NCBI GenBank assembly: GCA_044892525.1
Contig: CM097885.1
Span: 53,694,001 to 53,758,000, forward strand
DNA length: 64,000 bases
Reading direction: 5' to 3'
DNA from: Schmidtea polychroa
Lineage: Eukaryota
Both the position numbers and the translations under genes were made by a program. The first letter of the stretch is position 1. The number at the start of each line of letters is the position of its first letter. Below, in pieces: positions 52,724 through 62,835 of the stretch. Under the pieces are notes generated by a model. That model was not told the origin of the DNA. It worked only from the letters and a program-made list of their open reading frames with translations, and did no database searches.

Positions 52724-53809
52724 TTACACGAATGTCTCCTCTTGCCCTACGCATCCTTCGTCGCTCTCTACTGACGACCGTAACTGGATAGCGATAGGGT
52801 CGTATGGTACATAATGTTGGGGAATTTGAGCCCTCAGTTCGTGAATTTCGTCTCTTAGAGCTCGAGTGATGTTCAGCTCTTCGTCGAGCAAATAGGTAAG
52901 ATACCTTGCCTCATCCTCCTTCACCTCTATTTGCCTGTCCAGTGCCTTGATTTTTTCATCGCCCTTCCATTTCTCGATTTCTATCTCTAAATTCTTGATA
53001 TTCTCGGTGTACATTTTTCGTTCGTTTTCTAGCTTTTTATTCTTTCCAGCCAATATCATATTCCTTTGTTCCAAAGCCCCTTTATATCCGTTGTTATCCC
53101 TTTCCAGTTCGGCGACTTTGTTAACCAGCTCCACGATTCTACCTGACTGTTGGAGTATCATCTCCTCCATTGCGGCATTTTCGTGTTCTCTCATGTCGCA
53201 TTTTATTGCCAAGTGTCGTTCAAACTTCATGGCCTTTGTTTGCCAGGTTTGACTTCTAGCGGCAATCTTTCTCAGTCGTTTTAATTCCTCCTTTATTATT
53301 AAATTCTCCTCCCATTTGCCCTGTTCACTTTCGTATTCCAATCTCATGGGCAATTCTTTCATCTCCTTTTTCATTTCTTTGTTCTGTCTTTTCCATTTCC
53401 TGGCTTCTGCCAATAGGTGCATCATTTTCCTTCCTTCTATTTGTTTTTCTGTTTCGCGTTTCGTATTCTCGTCTGTGAGTCGTTTTCTGGCTTCCTGCAC
53501 CAGTTGTTTTAGATAATGGCTGTGTGCTTCTTGGTGTGTATTTTCTAACGACGCCCATTTCGATGCTCTTTTGCACGCTTCCGCCTCCTTTCTCAAGTTG
53601 TGTATCAACCATTTGTATTTACAATTTTCATCCTCTCTAGCTTCTTCGATGTGATTTCGGGTGAGGTTACTTAGTTGGAACATTATCTTGTTCCATTTCT
53701 CGCTATGTTCTCTGGGAATTGGTGTTTCGGTTTCATTTCTTGGGCTCGTCGTTGTTCCGGCTACTTTTCCTTGTGTCATTTCTAAATTACATATTTGGTT
53801 AATTTTCAT
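52724..53809 (-). CDS. Long coiled-coil protein, 361 aa, unknown function
   Basis: Open ORF with heptad-rich E/K composition; the stop overlaps TGTAAATAAA. Confidence 0.7.
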   Translation of the reverse strand: MKINQICNLEMTQGKVAGTTTSPRNETETPIPREHSEKWNKIMFQLSNLTRNHIEEAREDENCKYKWLIHNLRKEAEACKRASKWASLENTHQEAHSHYLKQLVQEARKRLTDENTKRETEKQIEGRKMMHLLAEARKWKRQNKEMKKEMKELPMRLEYESEQGKWEENLIIKEELKRLRKIAARSQTWQTKAMKFERHLAIKCDMREHENAAMEEMILQQSGRIVELVNKVAELERDNNGYKGALEQRNMILAGKNKKLENERKMYTENIKNLEIEIEKWKGDEKIKALDRQIEVKEDEARYLTYLLDEELNITRALRDEIHELRAQIPQHYVPYDPIAIQLRSSVESDEGCVGQEETFV

Positions 53810-53971
53810 TGCGGTAACAATTTTATTAATTAGTTACGGGTTTTCCAGGAATTTTTCGCATCATTTTTGGGTTTTCGGATTTAGGTTTTTCATACTGTTA
53901 TTATATAATATTTTATTGGTTATATACACCGATATATACAAATTTATTATATACAACATTATTCACAGCGA

Positions 53972-55377
53972 CTACTCGGTTCTGCCCTTTCCTTCTCTTC
54001 TCACATTCATTTTTATATATATTGTGTCGTTTCGGGCCATGTCTTCCACCTTTTGCTGCAAGATGAATTTAGGCGCTCCCGTTGCTGCCCCTTCTTCTTC
54101 AAGTGGTCTTTGGTTGGCCAATTGGTTTCCCGTTGCTTTGAAACTTTGTTCGTGAATGCTTTGGTCATTGATTATTGCGATATCGATTTTCGCCTGAAAT
54201 GGCCACTCTATTACTTCATCGTGTTCCCCTTTACATACTAGGAAGAATACCGAGAAGTGCGTTCCTAATCCGATTCCATCTCCATCGGGATATACCTTCA
54301 TTTTCATTTTATATCCGTTCTTCCATGAAAGGAATGCGGGACTGGTTATTTTTGTATCTTCTCCGATTTTTGCTTTTCTTATCTTTTCTTTCACTCCCGT
54401 AATTTTCCATATGTAGGGTGTGGTTGGAATTACTTCGTTTAGATTTATTTCGGTTATCTTTTGATGCAGCACCTTGGCCTGATCATTACTGATTTCTATT
54501 CGGTTTATTTGCACTTTTATGTTTGCTCGAGCTTGTTCGAACGCTTCTCTTTCTTCTAGCAGCTCCTTTACCAATGCTTTCAATGAGGTTATTTCTATCT
54601 CCATTTGTTGCACTTTCTCTTCACTTTCTTGTAACGCAGTTGGCCACATTTCTGCGTGAGTTGATACATTTTCTGTTAGGTGTTGTGGTAATTCCCCTCG
54701 GTGCAATAATTTCTGGCAGCCCCATTTGCTTAATACACATATCATTCTTTTCCTTTCACATTCTTTTAGGTGCTGGGCTATCTTTAGTGTTTCACCTTTG
54801 TTACATCCATTTGGACATTCGCCGCAGAATTCCGCACATACTTTTCCTCCTGTATATTGTGGTGTTTGATGGTTAGATTTTTCCACGTATCTATTTCACC
54901 ACAATGTTCGCATCTTTCTAACCTTTCCTCACACTGGCTTTGATGTTCCTTTTCTTCGTTAACTTGGATTATTTTCTGGCATCTCTTGCATTGACTGACT
55001 CGGTACAAACATTCTTTTATATGTTGCTTCACTTTCCATATTAACCCTTTCCACTCACATGGGGTATTTTTACATCCTAGGTTAGTGTTCAACATATCTT
55101 TTACTGCGGCTTTGTCCTCGTTAGTATCTTTGGGCCTTGATATCAGTGTCTCTTTACATACCGGGCACCACTGTGGTCTGTTCTTTATTGCTTCGCTGAT
55201 ACATGCCTTACATAATCTGCATCCACATTTGGTTTGATGGGGTTCCTTTAACAACTTTTCACATATTCCACACATGACATGTTTGTGTATTCTGATTGCT
55301 GCGGAATTTCTGACTAACTCGATAATTTCGTTAAACTCCTCTCTTTTTTGTTTATCCATGTCTACAATTATACACAT
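53972..55377 (-). pseudogene. TRAF family protein (RING, TRAF zinc fingers, coiled coil, MATH), intronless, one frameshift near 54855
   Basis: RING CGICEKLLKEPHQTKCGCRLCKACI..CPVC; CKNTPCEWKG..HIKEC; CPNGC..HLKEC; MATH YIWKIT..SPAF..GYKMKMKVYPDGDGIGLGTHFSVFF..GEHDEVIEWPF. Confidence 0.92.
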
Positions 55378-55438
55378 ATAATTTCTTATCGATACAGGTT
55401 CGATATTTTATTTACAATTATTTACATTTAGATTAGGT

Positions 55439-55828
55439 TTAGTTTATGGTTCCGAAGAGTCGGCCTCCTGTCCACCCCCCTTCTCTAATCATTAACCATT
55501 CTGACCAGTCTTCCGTCTCTTCGTATTCTGCTTCTTCTGCCATTCTTTCTAATTCGATTTCTTGTCTTCGACTATATTGTGTTATTCGTTCAATTTCTCT
55601 CTGCATTTGTTCAATTTGTGTTCGCTGATCCTCAATTATTTTCAAATAGCTAAATCCTTTATTTAGACTATCTACTAAGTTCCTTTGCGCAGTGAGTCCT
55701 TGCTCCTGTAGATTCGATACTAGTTGTGCTAATACGGCACATTGTTGCTTCCACATGTCTTCAGTTGCTGTATTGTGGTTTATCTCGTTGTTTCTTTGTT
55801 CCATTCTTAATTTTATACACATTCTCAA
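55439..55828 (-). CDS. Small coiled-coil protein, ~129 aa
   Basis: Open ORF flanked by upstream TATATAA motifs and a downstream TGTAAATAAA. Confidence 0.6.
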   Translation of the reverse strand: MRMCIKLRMEQRNNEINHNTATEDMWKQQCAVLAQLVSNLQEQGLTAQRNLVDSLNKGFSYLKIIEDQRTQIEQMQREIERITQYSRRQEIELERMAEEAEYEETEDWSEWLMIREGGWTGGRLFGTIN

Positions 55829-55977
55829 ACTTTGTCTTATTTAATTTTATATTGTTTATTTTTCCCGGTTGTTATATACTATTAATACCGCGCTTATATA
55901 AAGATATACAATGATATTGTTATACAAATAAATATAATGTACTTACTTTTTACAATTATATACAGTCATAATCCCTT

Positions 55978-56883
55978 CTATATATGTGAGTTTGGAGGGC
56001 GCTGGGCATTCCAGGCCTCCACCCACTGTTCTTGCTTGATATTACTCGGTCTTTTTACCCGATGTTGAAAATTTCTGATTCGGGTCATTTCCAATTCTCC
56101 GCGATGTCGTCTATCTTTGATTATTTTTATTGTTCCCCCCGTTATGAGCAAAAGTGCCCCTGTTATTATTATCCCACTGATCCACATCATCTGCTTTACG
56201 CTTATAATCTCTGGTTTTTCCTTGTTTGTTATTGTTGATATCGTCTCTGTACTTTTCTCGTTTCCTCCTTTGCCATTTCCTTTCATCATCCCTCGTATTC
56301 TTGCTATCTCCTCGTTCATGCCTTCTTTTGCCATCTTTTGTATTTTTTCCATCTCTTCCTCTGATACATAATTGTCCTGATATTTCTCACTGGTTTTCTT
56401 GTGCTTTCCTTCTTCATCTTTTTCATCGTTGAGTTTTCTTTTCTTCCCTCTTTTTCCCGGGTATCGTCGACATTCCCTCTCCGGTCCGTTTCTCCAGATA
56501 CAAACCGTATATTCCTTTGGATTACATATTGTAAACAGTCTTCACCAGGTTTTAATCTTGAAATACAGACTTTGTGTTCCTTTCTTGGTTGGAGTTGTGT
56601 TATCACTACCTCTCCTCCTTTTTCTAGGTGTACCTCTTTCCCTTTAACTCTTGTTATTCTCTTCCCGTTTCGATGTCGGTATGTCTCTTGTATTCTTACC
56701 TCCGTTATCGGTTCTGTATCTTCGTTTGTCAGACATACATCTTCCTAATATAAATCTTTCCTTTAAATCCCATTCCTCTTTCAGATCCCATTGTTGTTCT
56801 TGCCCTTGCTTTTTCTTTTCTTGTTTTAATTCTTCCTCCTTGAGTAGTATGTAGTAAGGACTCCAGCGCACTTTCAAGGTCAT
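55978..56883 (-). pseudogene. Charged protein with a C-terminal TM segment; one reading frame with two stops (56644-56646, 56542-56544)
   Basis: ORFs 56644-56883 and 55978-56352 are in frame (531 nt apart) and the linker translates with only these stops; TM WISGIIITGALLLITGG. Confidence 0.6.
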
Positions 56884-56939
56884 GGAATATCAAGATCAAA
56901 TATAGACCAATCGAATCATTTATTTTTTAAATTAACATT

Positions 56940-57728
56940 TTATTTAATTACTTCTTTTTATTTTTCTTTTTAATTTTATTAATTAATTATTTTATGATGT
57001 TATATTTTAATTACTTACTTTATTTAATTTGTAATTTATTACATTTAATTAATTTATTAGTTTATTAATATATTATTTTAATTACTTACGCTTTATTATT
57101 ATTTATTTTTATTTTTATTTATTTATTTATTTTTTTTTTAATTAATTTATTTATTTTTTAATTTAAATTTAATTTAATTACTTCTATTTATTTATATTTT
57201 TTTTCTTTTTAATTTTATTAATTAATTATTTTATGATGTTATATTGTAATTACTTACTTTAGTTAATTTTTAATTTATTACATTTATTTAATTTATTAGT
57301 TTATTAATATTTTATTTTAATTACTTACGCTTTATTATTATTTATTTTTATTTTTATTTATTTATTTATTTTTATATTTTTTTTTAATTAATTAATTTAT
57401 TTTTTAATTTAAATTTTATTTAATTACTTCTATTTATTTATTTTTTTTTTCTTTTTAATTTTATTAATTAATTATTTTATGATGTTATATTTTAATTACT
57501 TACTTTAGTTAATTTTTAATTTATTACATTTAATTAATTTATTAGTTTATTACTTACGCTTTAATATTATTTATTTTTATTTTTTTTTATTTAATTAATT
57601 ATTTATTTTTTTTTAATTAATTAATTTATTTTTTAATTTAAATTTTATTTAATTACTTCTATTTATTTTTTTTTCTTTTTAATTTTCTTAATTAATTATT
57701 TTATTATGTTTTTATTTTAGTATTATTT

Positions 57729-57761
<33 letters not shown>

Positions 57762-57770
57762 TTTTTTTTT
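56940..57770. repeat. Extremely AT-rich tandem repeat, ~230-245 bp unit, ~3.3 copies
   Basis: TTAATTAATTATTTTATGATGTTATATT and ATTACTTACGCTTTA recur with that period. Confidence 0.85.
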
Positions 57771-58107
57771 AATTTTACATTTACATTATATTCTAACAAG
57801 AGGTAAATTATAACAATAATATTTCAATTTGAATAAAATTTTAATTAGTAATTATTCAATTTGAATAAAATTTTAATTAGAAATTATTTAATTTATTATA
57901 AAATAAAACGCTGAGTTAATTTTGGATAAACCTGATATTAATTTTTCGGAAAAAATAAATAAAATAAACACAAAAATAATATTTCTTACTTGAAACTAAT
58001 TATCTAAATTAATTGGACAAATGAATAATTAAATGATAAAACACATTTTAATTAACTAAGTCAAATAATTCACAATATATATTTTATTATTCACATAAAT
58101 TTAATTG

Positions 58108-61100
58108 TTAAAGTGCTTGTTTCGATTTGCATTCATTTGTAGACGGAGCAGTTGCAATATGCATTTGACGAATCTTATAGTGACCGTAGGCATAGCTTTC
58201 ATTAGAATTGAACCAATATCTTTTATCATCCAAACATTGGAGAGCTCGTTTTTCTGTAATGAAAGTATACAACTGATGATTAACACTTCCTATTCTCTTT
58301 TGTTGGATGCTCACTGTTCCACCATCAGTATACACTTTTTTATAAGCTTCATGGGTGATATTAGAATTTGTAAGACTTATTCCTTTGGCTTTTAGAGTGT
58401 TTTTATCGCCTTGGAGTGAGTAGCATTTGGGTGGAAGAAACACCCATTCTTTATATTGATTTCCTTTATTCTCATCCTTAACTTTCCCGATTACCGAACA
58501 AATTTTATCTGAGAACAATGGATCAGTCACTGGATAATTTGAAGTATCTAGGAGCCCATCTTCAATCATTTTTGGATATAGTTGTAAGCGTAAATCAACA
58601 TTTTTACACTCTAAAAAGAAGGAATCTGTGTCACCGGCTACGATATTAATTTGAAAATTGAATTCGTCGCGATATTTTTGCAACTCTTCATATTGAAACT
58701 GGTACATGCGAAGTTTAGATAAATCAAGTACGGTTTGTCCAATATACATTGGTCTATCTAAACACACCATTTCCTTATCAAGTATAACAGCAATGAGATC
58801 ATCCGCAATCTTGATGCTACGATGAAACATAGGATTACTACAATAAGTTATCAATCTTTTGCTTTTGCTGCATAATCTCAAATTTATACGTTTCTTCAAG
58901 TTTTCCACAGTTTTACCATATAAACTGTTGTTCTTTAACTTATAATAATCTCGCTGAAACGAATCCGTACTAGCTGCTCTCATTTTGGTATTGTAATCAA
59001 TATATCCTTTGAAAATAGCCACTTGCTTGAATTCTACAGCACGATTAACTTTTGTGACCTTTGCGCCGTAACTCATCCACTCTGTCAAATTTCTACCATT
59101 AACTACATAGTTTTTCTTAGGCTCATGAGTTAACAACAGCTTTTCAACTTTACTACCAGGTGGATAACAAAGCTCAGGAGCTATAGGTAAATCATCTAGC
59201 TTATCTTGTATACTATCAGGAATGACGATGTCAACCTCTAGAACATATCCACGATCTCCATCAAACTCATCCCCATTTGCACATTTTTCAACAATACCAT
59301 TCATTTCAGTCTGATCATTTATCTATCTAAATTCACCAATAGGAAGTTTTTGCGACAGCGCCCATCCATATAAATTATTAACATCTAGGTATGACATTTG
59401 TGTTGATTCATCAGCTTCAACATGATGTTTGTTGATAAATGTCATTCCACCACGAATACCAGCTTCAAATAAACGGTAAAGCTCTGGATCTTGAATAAGT
59501 TCTACCGGTTCAGGTAACTGTTTAATAGCTGATGCCCAACTTAATCCGGGTATGGAAACAAACGATAAAGCCTGAAGTCCATCTTCGTCAAATGTTTTTT
59601 CTCTGAAAGCTTCAAAAACATCGGCCAACAGAAAAAGATCCAGCTTGAGATATACTAGCATGTAATCTAGCAGTGTCTCACAGTTGTATTGTTGCCAGAT
59701 TCGATTTGCATGTATATAATCTTCTTCACTAACTCCCTCCCAAATCAGTGGTAATTCTGTTATTGACTGTAAAACATCCATTGATGAAGCCATATCATAA
59801 GGAAAAATGGTTTTACAAGTCATCATCTGTGATTCGAAAACATCTGAGGTCAGTGGAAGACATGGTAAATTTTTTGATAAATTTGCCAAGCTGCTATTTA
59901 AAAATTGTAAAGAATCAATGAATCTAATTCTTCTGCCTTTCGATGTCGCTGTAAGTGTGAGAAACTTTTCTGTTGATTGAGGAATAACATTTAAATTCCA
60001 ATCGGGGAATTTTACAATTGCATATTTTAATATATGATGAATGTCATATCCACGAAGATTGTGAAATACAACAGGTAAAGACGGATTGATTCTTCTAGCC
60101 AAATTACAATCTTGACACGCTGCTCCGAGATATTGACCGGTAAAATGATCATGATCCCGAACAGGTATATTGATAATCTTTTTACAAAGGTAGCAATGAG
60201 TTTGATTCGTAAATTCTTCCTGCTGTTCCCAAGTGAGTTCCATCATTTCCTTCGATCCATTAATTTTATACCACGGATAAACTATGTCTGTAGCTATATC
60301 ATCCAATGCTTGTATAAACTGAATGATACAGTTTTTCCCAACAAATGTTTCATTTCGAATCGGACAACCTTGATGAAGAAACACAAATTCAGATGCAATC
60401 GGCTCATGTTTTTGGAAGTGCTTGTCATCTAGAGGTAATATTGATTCAAAGTCCGCGTAGACAACAAACTGCTGTTTTATAGTTTTACTCCAGTCTTTAA
60501 ATTCGATATATTTATTCTCTGGCATTGAGTATAGAGTCGTCCGCTCCACATTCTTCCTACAAAGACCTATATGTCTTTCAAAAGCAGGACGTTTTTGAAA
60601 CCCATGAAGACATGTATGACACCAATGTGATTGGATTCTGACTCCTTCTACTTTATCTCTGTAATTGAGCAGTCGATCGAGATTGGTTACAGCCAAAAAA
60701 TGATAATTTAATTCTAAAATTTAGTTAATATTTTAATGATTAATGGAAATATTACCTTCTTCAATCAATAAGAGATATATTTGAGATCCCGTCGAAGTAC
60801 TTCTATATACCAAGTCAACGAACGGATTCTTGAAAATATCATTAGTTTTTTGTTTAATTGGATCTTTATTATATTTGAGAACATTGATCGCTAGATTTGG
60901 ATTCATTGCTTCGAATTGGCAAATGTTAACCAACTTCATCGGAAACCATTCAAATTTCCATTTTAAGTCTTAAAAACAAATTTCAATGATTTATGACATT
61001 TATAAATATATATATTACCACTTAAGTTATATTTTGTTGTTCTTTCTCTATCCCGACGTATGTCATCATAATGTAATACGGCCAGTATGCTATATAAAAA

Positions 61101-62091
61101 GCAAAATTGATCATTATTTTGAACATTAACTAAAGCCTGGCAGTTTTTCAGGTAATTTGGCGTTTTAATGTAACTTGAACCTAAGTAAATATCTAGATTT
61201 ATATATATAATAATGTAAATAAACTTACCAGATACATGTATTATGTCTGATAATTTAGTTAAAATCATAGTAACTTCTAATATTTTATGAATTCTCCACC
61301 CACTACTTTGTTGAGTGTATTTCTCCAACTTTTCTTTTAATTTTTCAATTCCATCATTAATAAATGAAGATGACATTGTAATTGCTTTATTTGACAAACA
61401 CCATTTTTTAATTTCACCATCCTCTTTGATAAACTCTGCACAAAGTCCAAATTGGATTTTTACTGTCCCCATTCGTTGAATATGATCTTCTATTTCTTTG
61501 ATGAGACAATCTGGAACAACAATGTCAGGAGAATTAATTGCAGATACATCGCTTGTCAATTCAACACGAGAACCATTTAAGTCAGACTCCCGACGTGGAC
61601 ACAATTGTATGTTAGAGTCTCCATTTCCGTAAAATATTGACTTTCGTTTTGTGGTGCCAGAGTTTTGTCTAACTATATTTATAATTAATATTAAACAACT
61701 TAAATAACATAACTTGTAACATATTCTTTAATCTGCTTAGGATCGTATGATGTATTCATTTTCGATTGTACTATAAAAAATTAATAATTGTTAATAGTAG
61801 AAAGAGTATTACTTTTAGTGATCATCCTGCTCTTCGTTTCTTCGAATCTTCTAAGATGGTGTCCGTGTTGTCGTACAAACATTAACCACCTACCTGGTGA
61901 TATAATGAGACATTCCGGACATATGTAACCCGATAAGGTAGAGTCATTTATCTTGAAATATGATGATGTAACTGATTTACAGTTCTCCACATCTTCATGA
62001 CTTTCGGCAATACAAAATTTATATAAACTGCATCCGTTCACTAAAAGAAAATAATCATTAATATTAGATAGAGAATAAAAAATTATTCACT
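58108..62091 (-). pseudogene. Near-intact spliced protein-primed-type PolB (copy 3), ~1236 codons. Coding exons 62091, 61813-62040, 61714-61770, 61229-61672, 61019-61180, 60756-60968 and 58108-60713; one TGG>TAG stop at 59323-59325
   Basis: Six GT-AG introns restore one frame and the family motifs GSSYIKTP..LVNVQNNDQFCFLYSILA, WFPMK..FEAMN and YHFLAVTNLDRLL. Also ExoI YADFES, CYLC..RDHDHFTGQYLGAACQDCN, ExoII FHNLRGYD, YLDVNNLYG, KLKNNSLYGK, GDTDS and PKCY. Confidence 0.9.
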
Positions 62092-62114
62092 TATATAAGT
62101 TAAATTAAAAGTTT

Positions 62115-62252
62115 AAATGACAAACATTTGAAAAGTTACTGCTTATATATTACACATGATTACATTCTGACCAATCAAAATCAAGGAAGGGGTAGGAAAA
62201 ATAAATATATTCTGACCAATCAAAATCATGGAAGGGGTAGGAAAAATAAATG
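62115..62252 (-). promoter_or_regulatory. PolB promoter: duplicated 45 bp unit with inverted CCAAT, TATATAA (62143-62149) and Inr-like TCATTT (62115-62120)
   Basis: CCAAT at 62171 and 62216; the TATA-to-Inr distance is ~30 nt. Confidence 0.65.
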
Positions 62253-62835
62253 CATTACGTTGCAATATTTTAAAACTTCAATATATTTTAAAACACATTT
62301 TAATGCTAAAGTTGACTTATTCAACATTTTCATAATAATTTAATAAAAAATAATGCGATGAACCCACAAAGTAATATCATTTTTCATCAAATTGCAAAAC
62401 AGTAATAACGTTTTCATAAAATTGTAACAAAGTAATAACATATTTCAGATAAATTTTCAACAGTTGTAAAATATTTAAGCAAATTGTAACAAGATTAGAA
62501 AATATTACAACAAAGTAGTAACATATTTCAGAAAATTTCAACAAAGTTGTAAAATATTTATCAAATTGTAACTAAAATAATAAAAATATTGCAACAAAGT
62601 AATAAAATAATGATGTTAATTGGGACAAATCAATACATTATTTCGAAGACGGACAACAAATTAAAAAGAATATTGTAATAAATTGTGAAGTCTTTCAGTA
62701 AATTACAACAAAGTAATAACATATTTCGGAAATATTTCACCAGATGTAAAATATTTAAGCAAATTGTTATAAGATTATAAAAATATTGCAACAAAGTAAT
62801 AAAATAATACAACATTTTAAACTCTAGATCAATCC

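Noticed and set aside
51259..56854. Many + strand F/S/L-rich ORFs
   Set aside because: They are antisense shadows of purine-rich - strand genes
59323..59325. Programmed stop readthrough in PolB
   Set aside because: The position matches Trp in copy 1 (LPYSDFVW), so a TGG>TAG mutation or a sequencing error is simpler
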